A stretch of DNA of 64,000 nt from an uncultured delta proteobacterium (lineage in GTDB: Bacteria; Desulfobacterota; Binatia; UBA9968): the NCBI GenBank assembly GCA_963760795.1, contig CAVXEP010000019.1:256001-320000 (forward strand), in the 5' to 3' direction. The position numbers and the translations under genes were made by a program. The notes under the pieces are model-generated. The model saw only the letters and a program-made list of their open reading frames with translations, searched no databases and had not been told where the DNA came from. This document shows, piece by piece, positions 1-11,044 of this stretch; positions within the stretch are counted from its first letter, which is position 1; every line of letters starts with the position of its first letter.

Positions 1-419
1 CGTCGCGTGCGAGGCTAGAGCAAATTCAGACTCAACTCGATGAGACCGTGATTAAGGCGCCGGTGGATGCGCTGGTCGAGGCTTTGGATTTGCAGCCGGG
101 GGATCTAGTCGGCGCCGGCAAGCCGGTGGCGACGCTGTTGCGCCTGGGAAGTCTTTGGGTGCGCGCCTATCTGCCGGAGGAGCGTCTGGGTTTTGTCCAG
201 CCGGGATTGAAAGTAAAAGTTCGCGTCGATTCATTTCCCAATAAGGACTTCTCCGGTGCGGTGCGGCGTGTGCATCGGCAGGGAGAATTCACGCCGCGCA
301 ATATCCAAACCCACGAAGAACGAGTGCTGCAAGTATTCCAGGTAGAAGTGGTCATCGACGATGCCGAGCATGTGCTGCGTCCGGGGATGAGTGCGGATGT
401 GACGATTCAAATACGCTAG
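1..419 (+). CDS. HlyD-family efflux periplasmic adaptor (C-terminal part, 5' truncated by window)
   Basis: IKAPVD..V..GDLV, LWVRAYLPE, VKVRVDSFP, EFTPRNIQT.EER (YbhG-like) and LRPGMSADV motifs; precedes ABC ATPase and permease. Confidence 0.85.
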   Translation, partial: SRARLEQIQTQLDETVIKAPVDALVEALDLQPGDLVGAGKPVATLLRLGSLWVRAYLPEERLGFVQPGLKVKVRVDSFPNKDFSGAVRRVHRQGEFTPRNIQTHEERVLQVFQVEVVIDDAEHVLRPGMSADVTIQIR

Positions 420-490
420 GGGCGATTCATGAGTCGCCTGCGAAGAGCGCGCCCAGCGGCAGCATTATGTGGAAGATTGGGCAATAATTC

Positions 491-1444
491 ATGAGTATCG
501 CCATTCGAGCCGACGGTATCAGCAAGAAATTTGGCGAGTTAACGGCGGTCAGCGATGTCAGTTTTACGATCGAGGAAGGTGAGATCTTCGGATTCCTCGG
601 CCCCAACGGCTCGGGCAAGTCGACGATGATTCGCATCCTCTGCGGCTTGTTGCAGCCGACCTCGGGGCGGGCTGAACTCGACGGTCTCGATGTCGTCAAG
701 CAGACCGAGGAGATCAAGAAGCGCATCGGCTACATGTCGCAGCGTTTCAGTCTCTACGAAGATCTCACGGTTGAGGAGAATATCGATTTCTACGGCGCGA
801 TCTATGGGCTGAATCGCGCCGACCTGGCGGCGCGGCGGCGCGCGGTGGTGGCTTTGGCCGGTCTGGACGACCGGCTGGAACAGATGGCGGCGACGCTGTC
901 CGGTGGTTATAAGCAGCGCCTGGCGTTGGCTTGTTCGCTGTTGCACCAGCCCAAAATTTTATTTCTCGACGAGCCGACGGCGGGCATCGATCCGGTGGCG
1001 CGCCGGGAGATTTGGGATCTGCTCTTTCGCCTCGCCGCCGAAGGCACGACGTTGTTCGTGACGACGCACTATATGGACGAGGCGGAGCGCTGCTCGCAGG
1101 TCGCCTATATTTATCTTGCCAAGCTGATCGCCATCGGCCGGCCGCAGGATTTGAAGCGGCTGCCGGAGATCACCCCGGCGGGCTGCGCCTGGGTCGAAGT
1201 CACCAGCGACGATGCCACCCAGCTGCTACCGCTTTTGCGGCGCCATGACGATGTCGTCGACGCGACCATCTTCGGCGAGGCGATCCATGCTTTAGTCCGC
1301 CAGTCCAGCGGTCCGGCGGCGCTGATCGAGTTCGCCCGCCAACAGGGCGGGGTCAACGTCGCTTGCCGCGCCGTGCCGCCGTCCCTGGAAGATGTCTTTG
1401 TCTCGTTGACGCGCATGCGCCGCAGCGCCACGGAAGGACGATAA
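491..1444 (+). CDS. ABC transporter ATP-binding protein (drug efflux type)
   Basis: Walker A GPNGSGKST, signature LSGGYKQR, Walker B LFLDEPT, H-loop TTHYMDEAE. Confidence 0.95.
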   Translation: MSIAIRADGISKKFGELTAVSDVSFTIEEGEIFGFLGPNGSGKSTMIRILCGLLQPTSGRAELDGLDVVKQTEEIKKRIGYMSQRFSLYEDLTVEENIDFYGAIYGLNRADLAARRRAVVALAGLDDRLEQMAATLSGGYKQRLALACSLLHQPKILFLDEPTAGIDPVARREIWDLLFRLAAEGTTLFVTTHYMDEAERCSQVAYIYLAKLIAIGRPQDLKRLPEITPAGCAWVEVTSDDATQLLPLLRRHDDVVDATIFGEAIHALVRQSSGPAALIEFARQQGGVNVACRAVPPSLEDVFVSLTRMRRSATEGR

Positions 1445-2547
1445 TGTTTAGCGGCCTGTGGGCGATCCTCAAAAAAGAGGTCATTCACATCAAACGCGAT
1501 CCAGCGACGCGCTTTATCTTCGCCATCCCGCTTTTCGAATTGCTGTTGTTCGGCTACGCCATCGACACCGACGTCAAGCATGTGCCGACGGTGGTGTTCG
1601 ACCTCAATCGTCAACAGGAGAGCCGCCAACTGGTGCAGGAGTTCGAGAACACCCACTACTTTCGTTTGGTCGGTGAAGTCCAGTCGGACCAAGATTTGCA
1701 CGACGCGATCATCGGCGGGCGGGCAAAAGTTGGTATTAAAATCCCGCCGGACTACTCGACCAATCTGGTCAACGGCCGGCAGGGGCAAGTGCAAGTGATC
1801 ATCGACGGTTCGGACTCGACCATCGCCACGCGCGTGCTCAACGCCAGCCAACAGTTGGGTTTCGTCAAATCGCTGGAACGGGACGGCATTTCAACCAGCC
1901 AGTTCAGCATCGATATCCGGCCGCGCTTGCTGTTCAACCCTAATCTTTTGAGTGCCAATTTTTACGTGCCGGGATTGATCGGCATCATTCTCCAGTTGGT
2001 GACAGTGTTTCTCACCGCCTTCGCCATCGTGCGCGAGCGCGAGCGCGGCACGCTGGAGCAATTACTGGTCACCCCGGTGTCCAAGGGCGGGCTGATCCTC
2101 GGCAAGCTGTTGCCCTATACCGCCATCGGTTTCGGCCAGACGGCTTTGGTGCTGTTGCTGATGGTTTTCCTGTTCGGCGTGCCGATTCACGGTTCGGTTG
2201 CCTTGCTGTTGTTTTTATCGATGGTCTTTCTCGTGTCCGCCCTCGGCATGGGTATCGTGATTTCGACCTTCGCGGGCAACCAAAGTGAAGCGATGCAGAT
2301 GTCCTTGATGACGTTGCTGCCGGCGTTTCTGCTGTCCGGCTTCGTTTTTCCCCGGGAGTCGATGCCGCTGCTGATTTATCTGATCAGTTTTCTGATTCCG
2401 GCGACCTACTATTTGGAAATTCTCCGCGGCATCATTCTCCGCGGCGCCGGTATCGTCGCGTTGTGGGATGAAGCGCTGGTGCTCGGCGCCTTCGGCCTGT
2501 TTTTTATGACCTTGAGCGTCGTGCGTTTTAAGAAACACTTGGGCTAG
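1444..2547 (+). CDS. ABC-2 type permease (YbhS/YbhR-like)
   Basis: ATG overlaps ATPase stop (TAATG); KEVIHIKRD, LLFGYA, REREXGTLEQLLVTP, LSGFVFPRESMP motifs. Confidence 0.92.
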   Translation: MFSGLWAILKKEVIHIKRDPATRFIFAIPLFELLLFGYAIDTDVKHVPTVVFDLNRQQESRQLVQEFENTHYFRLVGEVQSDQDLHDAIIGGRAKVGIKIPPDYSTNLVNGRQGQVQVIIDGSDSTIATRVLNASQQLGFVKSLERDGISTSQFSIDIRPRLLFNPNLLSANFYVPGLIGIILQLVTVFLTAFAIVRERERGTLEQLLVTPVSKGGLILGKLLPYTAIGFGQTALVLLLMVFLFGVPIHGSVALLLFLSMVFLVSALGMGIVISTFAGNQSEAMQMSLMTLLPAFLLSGFVFPRESMPLLIYLISFLIPATYYLEILRGIILRGAGIVALWDEALVLGAFGLFFMTLSVVRFKKHLG

Positions 2548-2618
2548 TCGTCCTCGCTGCGCTCGGACTTCCAGATTCACAATTCCAGATTGCAGATTTC
2601 AAACGCTGCGATGCGCCG

Positions 2619-3842
2619 TCACGATGTGTAGGTTGGGGTCGGTAGGATTTTTGCGCTGCGGGGCAATAGCAGTGCCATGAGGGCGACGCTGATAAACGAA
2701 AGAATGCCTAACATCCAGAAAATCGTCGGCAGCTCTGTGCTGACTAACAATAGCCCGACGATGGAGGTCGAGGTGGTTTTCGAGACCTGCTGGATCAATC
2801 TGTCGAAGGAGACGATACCGCCGCGCAGTTCCGCCGGCGCATTCTGTGTCAGCAGGCTTTTCTGCATGGGCGAGATCACGCCATTGGCGAGGCCGTAGAA
2901 AAACAATGCGCCGCCGATCAGCCAGACATCAGGAATGAACGGCACGGCCAAGACTGATGCGCCGCTGACGACGAAAGCGAGAAACAAGATCCTCGCCTTG
3001 TCGCGGCCAGTGGCGATGCGGCCGGCTTGGCTCGATGTCGCCATGGCACCGATCGCGAAAAAGACGTAGAGCAAGCCAGCGGTGGCGGTCGAGATGCCAT
3101 GGGTACGCACCAAGAAGAGCGGAAAATAAGTGAGAAATCCATAGTCGAGAAAAAAACGCAGGAAGCCGGCGGTGAATGCGATCATCAGTCGGGGATGGCG
3201 TGTCAAGCGCAGGATGTCGCCCACATAGTTTGCCGCCGGCTGTTTCTGCTTGCCTTTAGTCTCGGGCATGCAAAACAGCGCGACGAGACCCAAGGGAATC
3301 GCCAGGAGATAAAAGACAAAGGGCCAGAACCAGGCGATGGTTGCCAGCAGTCCGCCCAACGGTGGAAAGATGAAATAGCCGATGCGGTCGAGAAAAACTT
3401 TCAGACCCTGGCCGCTGACTTCCTTGTCGCCTTCCAACAAATCGCCGATCAAGACGATAGTCAGCGGGATCACGGCGCTGAAGCCGACGCCTTGCAGCGT
3501 GCGAAAAACCAGCAGCCAAGTATAGCTGGGCGCAAACGCCATGGCCCCACCGAACAGGCCAAACATCATTAATCCATAAGCCAGCAGCAGGCGCCGGCCG
3601 TAGAGATCGGCGATGAAGCCGAAAACCGGCGACAAGAAAATCGCCGGCGCGGTAAACAGCGTCATGATCCACGACAGTTGCGCGTCGCTCACCTGAAACG
3701 GCTGGGTGAGCGCCGGCAAAGCCGGCTGGATGAAGTTGACGCCCATCATCAGCGCCAGGCTTGCGGCGTAGACAATGCTCAACGCGCGGGCCTTTTCCGG
3801 CGCGAGTTTGTCGAGACCGAAGAAGGCCGCGATGGAGTGCAT
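2619..3842 (-). CDS. MFS transporter
   Basis: About 12 hydrophobic segments; motif A GFIADLYGRR. Confidence 0.9.
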   Translation of the reverse strand: MHSIAAFFGLDKLAPEKARALSIVYAASLALMMGVNFIQPALPALTQPFQVSDAQLSWIMTLFTAPAIFLSPVFGFIADLYGRRLLLAYGLMMFGLFGGAMAFAPSYTWLLVFRTLQGVGFSAVIPLTIVLIGDLLEGDKEVSGQGLKVFLDRIGYFIFPPLGGLLATIAWFWPFVFYLLAIPLGLVALFCMPETKGKQKQPAANYVGDILRLTRHPRLMIAFTAGFLRFFLDYGFLTYFPLFLVRTHGISTATAGLLYVFFAIGAMATSSQAGRIATGRDKARILFLAFVVSGASVLAVPFIPDVWLIGGALFFYGLANGVISPMQKSLLTQNAPAELRGGIVSFDRLIQQVSKTTSTSIVGLLLVSTELPTIFWMLGILSFISVALMALLLPRSAKILPTPTYTS

Positions 3843-3888
3843 GGAGCGAAAGTAGGCGAAGCGTCTGGGAAAGGCAAGGTGGAAGACT

Positions 3889-3950
3889 GGAGTACTGGAG
3901 TAGTGGAGTGATGGAGTGTTGGGTCGTCCGGAAACCCATCACTCCAATTC
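3889..3950. repeat. GGAGTA(C/G)T/GGAGTGAT-type short-repeat palindromic element
   Basis: ggagtactggagtagtggagtgatggag followed by the inverted catcactcca; related copy at 5865-5940. Confidence 0.7.
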
Positions 3951-4017
3951 CTGTGTTGGTCAGCGCGGCAGTGCCGTGGTATGCATTAGCCAATTCACTC
4001 GAGAGATGGAGAATCCC

Positions 4018-5448
4018 ATGGCTCAAGACATGCGCAGTTGGATCGATCAACTGGAAAAAGCCGGACTGCTGGCGCGCATTACTAAACCAGTTGACCCGCG
4101 CACGCAGATGGGCGCGCTGCTTTGGCAAGCGCGCGACCGCGGTTTGCTTTTTGAAAATTTGCCTGGCTATCCAGGCTGGCGTTGCCTTGGTCAAGCGCCC
4201 GGGGACGTGGCGTTGGCGCCGGTGGCGTTCGGCACCGAGCGCGATCAGATGATTCCCGAATTCGTCCGGCGCACGGAAAAGCTTGGCAAAACTCGGCTGG
4301 TAGAAACCGGGCCGGTGCAGCAGAAGGTTTTACTCGGCGACGATGTCGATATCACCAAGATGCCGATTCATCAGGCCGGGATTCGCGACGGCGGGCCGTT
4401 CATCGGCTCGGGGTTGATGATCACGAAGAATCCCGAGACCGGCCAGCGCAACTTGAGCTTTCACCGCTTGCAGATGAAGGGGCCGAAGAAGACCGGCATC
4501 CTGCTGTATCCGCGCCATGCCTGGGCCAACTATCAGATGTATGAAGCGCAGGATAAGCCGATGCCGGTGGCGATCATGATCGGCCACCATCCGATGTATT
4601 ACTTCGCCGCGGCGACGACGACCCAATATGGCGTCGATGAATTGGAGATCGCCTCGGCACTGCTCCAAGAAGATGTCGAGCTCGTCAAATGCCGCACCGT
4701 CGACTTGGAGGTGCCTGCTTGGGCCGAAATCGTGCTCGAAGGCGAGATTCCACCAAAGATTCGCGAGCCTGAAGGGCCGTTCAGCGAATTTCAGGATTAT
4801 TATCTAACCGGTTCGGGGCAGAATCCTATCGTCAACATCAAGGCGATCACCATGCGCAACGATGCGATCTTCAAAAACGTTCAGAACGGCACGGAGGTCG
4901 AAGGCTGCGTCTATCACAAAGTCCCGATGTCGGCGCAGATCCTGCGCCGGGCGCGCAATGTCGGCGGCCTCGCCGATGTGCGCAACGTGTTAGTCATGCC
5001 GGGAATTTTCGGCGTGGTGGTGCAGATGAAGCCGCGCTACTACGGCGAGGCGAAAAACGTCTTGATGTCGGTGCTATCGAGCGAATACCAGCATCCGAAG
5101 ATCGCCATTGCCGTCGATATCGACGTGGATATTTTCAACTACGCAGAAGTCTTGTGGTCGCTCAACACGCGGGTGAATCCGACGGAGGATATCGTCACCA
5201 TACCCGGCGCGAAGATCCATGCCATGGACCCATCCTGTCCGGAGTTCGGTCATCCCGGCGCGCCTGGCTGGCACCGCATCGGCGGCAAGATGATCATCGA
5301 CGCCACCAAACCGCCGGAGTGCGATGCTCAGCGGCGCAAGGAATTTGAAAGGCTCAAACCTGTGGGTTGGGAAACTGTGAACCTAGAGGATTTCTTGCCG
5401 GCGGGAGCGCCGCCTCTACGAATTAAACCGAAGATTCCGATGGATTAG
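4018..5448 (+). CDS. UbiD-family (prFMN-dependent) decarboxylase
   Basis: DGGPFI, RNLSFHRLQ, EIVLEGEI, EGPFSEF, VDIDVDIF..EV.WSLNTR, KMIIDATKP motifs; ATG at 4018 after GGAGA. Confidence 0.93.
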   Translation: MAQDMRSWIDQLEKAGLLARITKPVDPRTQMGALLWQARDRGLLFENLPGYPGWRCLGQAPGDVALAPVAFGTERDQMIPEFVRRTEKLGKTRLVETGPVQQKVLLGDDVDITKMPIHQAGIRDGGPFIGSGLMITKNPETGQRNLSFHRLQMKGPKKTGILLYPRHAWANYQMYEAQDKPMPVAIMIGHHPMYYFAAATTTQYGVDELEIASALLQEDVELVKCRTVDLEVPAWAEIVLEGEIPPKIREPEGPFSEFQDYYLTGSGQNPIVNIKAITMRNDAIFKNVQNGTEVEGCVYHKVPMSAQILRRARNVGGLADVRNVLVMPGIFGVVVQMKPRYYGEAKNVLMSVLSSEYQHPKIAIAVDIDVDIFNYAEVLWSLNTRVNPTEDIVTIPGAKIHAMDPSCPEFGHPGAPGWHRIGGKMIIDATKPPECDAQRRKEFERLKPVGWETVNLEDFLPAGAPPLRIKPKIPMD

Positions 5449-5454
5449 GGTTTT

Positions 5455-5532
5455 CGTTCAACGGTTCAAACGTTCAAGGTCGGAATGGAGGATAGAGTTC
5501 TGATTGAACCCTTGAACTTTTGAACCTTGAAC
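5455..5532. repeat. GTTCAA/TTGAAC short-repeat inverted element
   Basis: gttcaacggttcaaacgttcaagg...ttgaacccttgaactttttgaaccttgaac; related copies at ~17753, ~34360 and ~48978. Confidence 0.75.
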
Positions 5533-5553
5533 CAAGCGCGGCGGGCGCGGCGC

Positions 5554-5799
5554 TTATTCATCCGGCTCGCCGAAGTAGTCTCTGACGATTCTTTCCTTGA
5601 CATATTCGATGGCGCCCAGGTCTTGGATGATGTCACCGCCGGTATCGTAGAAAAAGATATCGCCATTCTTATTGCGGCCGATGGCGACCAGCCAGTCGAG
5701 CTCGTCGCGGTCTTCCAATAGATAGTTGATTGCCTGATTGGCCCCTTTGCTGGCTATAATGGTTACTTTCGGATTAGCGGTTTTTTTTACCTGGGTCAT
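5554..5799 (-). CDS. hypothetical protein (81 aa)
   Basis: ATG with AGGAGG RBS; protein-like composition; no recognised family. Confidence 0.7.
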   Translation of the reverse strand: MTQVKKTANPKVTIIASKGANQAINYLLEDRDELDWLVAIGRNKNGDIFFYDTGGDIIQDLGAIEYVKERIVRDYFGEPDE

Positions 5800-5864
5800 T
5801 GAGGGGCCTCCTGGACCAAAGAAAGTCTATAACAGTTAGGAGGGGTAAACAACTTGCGGGAGGA

Positions 5865-5940
5865 ATGGAATACTGCAGTGTTGGAGCAATGGAGTGATGG
5901 GTAATCCGGAAGCCACTACTTCACTACTCCATCACTCCAG
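5865..5940. repeat. GGAGTGAT-type short-repeat palindromic element
   Basis: ggagcaatggagtgatggg...cactactccatcactccag inverted arms between genes. Confidence 0.7.
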
Positions 5941-5952
5941 TTCTTATCCTGT

Positions 5953-8900
5953 TTACTTCATGGTGAAATCGACGCGGTTGGGTTTGCCTTTGAGCTTGGT
6001 TTGTTCCTCGTTGCTCAGCGGTTTGGCGGCGACGATGAACAGCCGGTCGGCGCCGAGGCCGCTAGCCAACAAGGCGTCGCGCACCGCTTGGGCGCGCTGA
6101 CTTGCCAATACCCCAAGGTCATCGTCAGTCGCTTTGGCATGTTGCATCATTAGTTTTTCCATCTCCGCCACCGGTAAGTCGACCGCCAGGCCGATTACGT
6201 TGCGCGGTTTGGGAAAGTTTTCTTCGCCATAGGCAGCTTTCAAATATTTCGCGTACTCGTCCTTGTCGAACTGAATGTCGTCGAGCGATCGTTGTGCTTG
6301 CCCCTGGCGCACCAGGTCGCGCAGCTTTTGCGCCTTGGCCTTGCGTTCGATGCCAACTCGCTTCAATCCTTCGAGATCGCTCACCGGATCGACCCTTCCG
6401 GTCAATTCCAAATTAATCGACGGGCGATTGTTGAGCCCCTTGGCCAGGGCGGCGATTTTAGACTGCGCGGCTTGATTCAAGTTGGCGCGGCCGTTGTCGA
6501 ATTCGACATAGCTCAACTCCTCGCCGCTGCCACCGCCGCCGCTGAACGCCGCGCCGAGCAGCGAGAAGGGCGCGGTGATGGCTCTGGTAAGTATGTTAAC
6601 GATCATGCGCCAGATAATGCCGCCGATGCTGAACTGCGGATCGTCCAGCGACCCGCTGATGGGCATATCGATGTCGATGACGCCATCGCGGTCCTTTAAC
6701 AGTGCCACGGCAAGCAGCACCGGTAGTTTAGTCGCATCGGGGCTTTCGATTCTGGGGCCGAAAGTGAGCTGGTTTAAAATGATTTTGTTTTGGGCGGTCA
6801 ACTTGCGATTCTCAAGTTTGTATTTGACGTTGAACGATAGCTTGCCTTTTTCGATACCATAACCGACGTAGCGCCCAGAATAAGGAGTCATCGGGCTCAG
6901 CTCGATCTCCTTGGCATCGGCGACTATGTCGAGAAATAAGTCTTTCGAGAGTGGGTTGAGCTTGCCTTTAATTTCCACCGGCGCGGCGTTGTCGAGCCGG
7001 GCTTTGAGGTCGATATCGCCGGGCGCCTCCGGCTTGAGCTCGGAAATCGTTCCCTGGACGCCGGTGAGATTGGCGTTGTAGTTGGGTTTGATGAAAAGGT
7101 CGCTGAAGTCAATGTTGCCGGCGGTCAAATTGATTTTACCGATGGTGATGGCTTTGTCCGTGCCGGTGGCGGGAGCACCTGCGGGGCCGGACTTTTCCGG
7201 TAATTGTTTCGCGGACTTCTCTGGCGGCGCCGAATCGTTTTTCTTTTCCTCATCCTGCGGCGTGAGTTTCTGCAGATTGATCTTACCGTCGGCGCCGAGA
7301 ATCAGCCGGGAGTAGAAATCGCCAAGATTGATCTCGCCGATGTTCAGCCGAAAAGGCTCGAGATTGAATTGGACGGCATTCAAGTTGAGGGATTTCCATT
7401 TGAGCAAGTCGCTGGAATTACTTTTTTCGACGGTCGCAAAGTCGGCGATGTCGAAGCTGCCGTCGTAATTTACTTTTGCCGGGCCGGCGCCGCTGGCATC
7501 GAAAACCAGATTGCCCTTGGTGCCAATATTGCCGCTGGTGAGCAAGAAGTGAACGCGGTCCTCTAGATAAGGCCAAAATGGCAGGACGTCGATCCCCTGA
7601 GCATCGACCTCCAGCTGAGCGGCAACGGGGCGAGTTCCAACAGTCCCGGCAAATTTCAATGTCCCTTTGTCGTTGATCGTGGCTTGGAACGTCGCTTTGC
7701 CTCGCGACTTTTCCACATTGGAAAAATTCTCGCCGCGGAGTGTTGTATTGGATACGACGATACGTGCCGGCGCCGCCAGGGATCGATCTTCGTAAACAAT
7801 TTTAAAACCGTTGAAAACCACACGCTTGGTTTCCACGGTCCAAGACGCCTGTTCGGCTTTCGCCGGCTGGTTGGTTGCGCTTTCAGAGCCGCGGGTCTTG
7901 ATCAGGCGGGCGTAGCTGATCGTCCCGTCCTTTTCCCGTTGGACATAGCCGTTGCCATCCCGGGTTTCCACGGAACCGATGACGACCGAACGCTTGCCGA
8001 CGTCGACCGTGGTGTCTTTCACGGTCAGGAGCGGAACGCGCCAAAGGGGTTCGGATTCTCCCGGCACGTCCATGCGCAATGATCGCAGGGCTGCAGTCAG
8101 CTCGGTAAGTTTTACCTCCGGCTCGTCTGCTTTCTGCGCGAAGGCGACCTGAGTCGAAAGGTCGAGAAGCCCGTCCTTGAATTCGACTCCGAGCAAGTCT
8201 TCGTAATACGGGCGGAGCTTCTTGAGTTGCAGTGCCCGGATCTCCAGTTTGCCGTCTGCCAGCAGCGGCGTCAGTTGGACGGTACCGGCATGAGAGAATG
8301 ACTCTTTTGCGTCAGAGTCAAACGACAGTTCGACATTGGCCTTTTTATCGGCTTCATTGTTGAGTCCCGTGACGTTGAGGCGGACATTGTCCAGGCGTGT
8401 CTTGTAGGGCTGCTGCGGTTGTTCGTCGTTGAAGTGGATCGTTGCGCCATCGACGGCGATCTCTGCAATTTGATACAGGAATGGCTTACCGTCGTCTTTT
8501 TTTGCCGTTTGCGGTTGCCGTTGCCGGTTGACTGTTGGTCGATGGCGTCACCAGATTGGCCAGATTGATTTCGCCCTTGCGATCGCGGCCGACGTGGAGT
8601 TCGAGGCCTTGGGACTTGATTGATTTGATCGTCGCTTTGCTGGCAAAGACGTCGAAGGATTCGACCACGACATCGAAGTTGGGCAGCTTGAGCAGCGGTG
8701 CGTCGCTTGTTTGCTGCATCTCCAACGCGTTGACGTTGAGATCGCCTGACAACGCCAGTACCGGCGCGGCTTTGGGCGCCGACTTGAAGCTTACGGTGAC
8801 CTTGCCGTTGAGTTGTCCCGAGGGCACTTTGAAATTAAGCGCCACCGGCGAGTATTCCAAAAATTTGGCGATCTCTAGTTTATCGATCTTGATCCCCAGC

Positions 8901-9592
8901 GTGCTTTCCAGGGAATCCGTGAACGGCGTAGTGGAATCGCCGGCGAGGTGGAATGGCGCGCCGTTGATCACCGCGGCGAACTCCGGTTTGATCTTGATCG
9001 CCAAGTGCGCCGGCAAGCTGGATATAAACGGCAGACCGATCTTGAGTGAAGTGACGGAGTGCTTGGTCTGCTCGGGCTGGTCGTCGAAATCGATCTTGCC
9101 GTCGATGATTTGAATATTGTGGAGGGCAAAGCGCGGCGTCGGCCCCGGCGGGCCGGAAGTAAATTCGTCGATTAAATCTTGAAAACTGTATTTGAGATCT
9201 TGCTGGCGCACCAAATTGACATAGGGCTTGACCAGGCGCAGTTCTTCGATCACTGGCGCCAGGCGAAATAGGGACTGCAATTCCAGATTGACGAACAGCT
9301 CTTCGAACGAGAGCGCGGCAGTTTGGCCTTGCTTCTCCCGCATCAGAAAGCCGCGCACCGAAACGGTGAGCGCGTAGGGATTGATCTTGATCTGCTCGAT
9401 GGTGACGGGGCGATGCAGTTTCTTCGACAGATCGCTGGCAATCTTACCGCGCAATAGTGGCGGCGCGGCCAGACCCAGAAGCACTCCGAAACCGACAACG
9501 ATCGCGGCGAGCCATATAGCTATCTTACGCGTCCGCGGATGGCGAACGATGCGGGCGGTTTTTGTGCGCAGATCGGTAGCGTCTGACGCCAT
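5953..9592 (-). CDS. DUF748 (AsmA-like) domain protein with OmpA-like C-terminus; frameshift near 8490-8500
   Basis: N-terminal anchor plus INPYALTV; LAVALLKDRDGVIDIDMPISGSLDDPQFS and LASQRAQAVRDAL...RVDF motifs; two ORFs (9592-8486 and 8196-5953) join across a T7 run. Confidence 0.85.
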
Positions 9593-9652
9593 AGCAACCT
9601 TCGTGGGACTGAAACTTGAGGTGAACCTATCGCAGGGGTAGGTGCTTGTCCA

Positions 9653-10114
9653 TCAAACTTGGCGATCTAATAAACGATCGCCCGTTTCGATGGTTTCCAA
9701 CCTGGCGATGTACGTGCTCGGCATGCGCCAATGGCGTGCGCCTTCGAGGATCAAGCGTTTGTATTCGGGGTTGGGCAGTGGCACGTCGGTTTCTATTGCG
9801 GCGACATAAACCAGGACCTGCAGCGGTGTATTGCTGTCGTCGGGCCGATAGACCGGTATCATTTCTCGGTGGTAGCCGTCTTCGAAGCCGTCCATGACGT
9901 CGAGATCGGCGTCGCTGACATCGTACACCGCGCCCCAGACTTCTCGACCCGCGGCCGCGCAAACGTTAGCGGTGCCGCAATTGCGCAGGCGCGAGTGGCG
10001 GGTGATGCCAAATTCATAGTTGGGCAGCTTGGCGATGGTGACGAACTTCGCCGAAGGGCAGCGCCGCTGCATTTGCGGCCAATGCAAATTCGATCCGTAA
10101 GCGAAATAGTACAC
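9653..10114 (-). CDS. gamma-glutamylcyclotransferase family protein
   Basis: YFAYGSNL, VWGAVY, MDGFE motifs; GGAGG RBS. Confidence 0.9.
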   Translation of the reverse strand: MYYFAYGSNLHWPQMQRRCPSAKFVTIAKLPNYEFGITRHSRLRNCGTANVCAAAGREVWGAVYDVSDADLDVMDGFEDGYHREMIPVYRPDDSNTPLQVLVYVAAIETDVPLPNPEYKRLILEGARHWRMPSTYIARLETIETGDRLLDRQV

Positions 10115-10302
10115 GACAGCCTCACCTCCCGGTTAAGCGACGATATTATGGAAAGATTTTATTATGCACAAGCTGTTGGAAAGGTTTCGAAAGCCGCGAA
10201 TCTGAGGCAGAAACGGCGCTGAATCCTTATGGATGATTGTTGCGTCTCAGGAAATACTTAAGTACAAGCGTCTTTTCCCCTGACGGGAGCTGTACACAAA
10301 TT

Positions 10303-10859
10303 ATGAAAAAATTAGCCAATTTGCTGATGTTTCTGTCGCTGGCGTTGTTACCGAGCCGAGGATTCGCAGGCGAACCAACTGCGCAACTGAGTGCGACGAT
10401 TAACGAGTTCGTGACGATAATGGTCAACACGCCGGTGTCTGAGCTGCGCACTACGGGTTTGCCCGAGAAAGCCTTGAAACTCATCCATAGCCGCTTCGAC
10501 TTTACTGAGATGACCAAGCGATCCTTGGGCCCGCACTGGAAGACTCTCGCGCCGGCGGAGCAGGGTGAGTTTGTCGATGGCTTGACCTACCGTTTGCTCG
10601 TAACCTATGGACGCACGGTGCGGACCTCGGGAGATGAGAAGGTCGTGTTCAAAAAAGAAACCTTGGATGGCGGCTACGCCAACGTCGAATCTCTTGTCGT
10701 CGGCGGCAAGTCCGACACGTCGATCGATTACCGCCTGCATGATGTGGACGGCCAGTGGCGCGTCTATGATGTGGTCATCGAGCATGTGAGCATCGTCAGC
10801 AATTTTCGCGCACTTCGGTGAAAGCGTTGCTCGAAAAGATCAAGCAGCGCCAGTCCTAG
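10303..10859 (+). CDS. MlaC/Ttg2D-family phospholipid-binding periplasmic protein; deletion/frameshift near 10812
   Basis: Signal peptide, FDFTEMTKRSLGPHW, IDYRL, WRVYDVVIEHVSIVSNFR; the C-terminal SVKALLEKIKQRQS* lies in another frame. Confidence 0.85.
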
Positions 10860-11044
10860 CATTTAGTGCAGTCCATTCGATCGTTGCCGACTTCAATCGC
10901 CTAAGCTCAGATGAGCTAAGGCCGATCTGTTTTTTGAAACGAGTGAGTTTGCCCACTGTCATTTCGCGCGCAGCGATATATCTCTCCTGAGCCAAGCCAA
11001 CCAAGCGTTGACGAACTCAGCGCGGTTCGATACTTGATCGTCCC

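Noticed and set aside
3256-4252. Long alternative-frame ORFs (312 aa and 163 aa here, and similar ones at 12638, 34641, 42079)
   Set aside because: Arg/Ala/Pro-rich shadow ORFs overlapping well-supported genes, as expected in high-GC DNA
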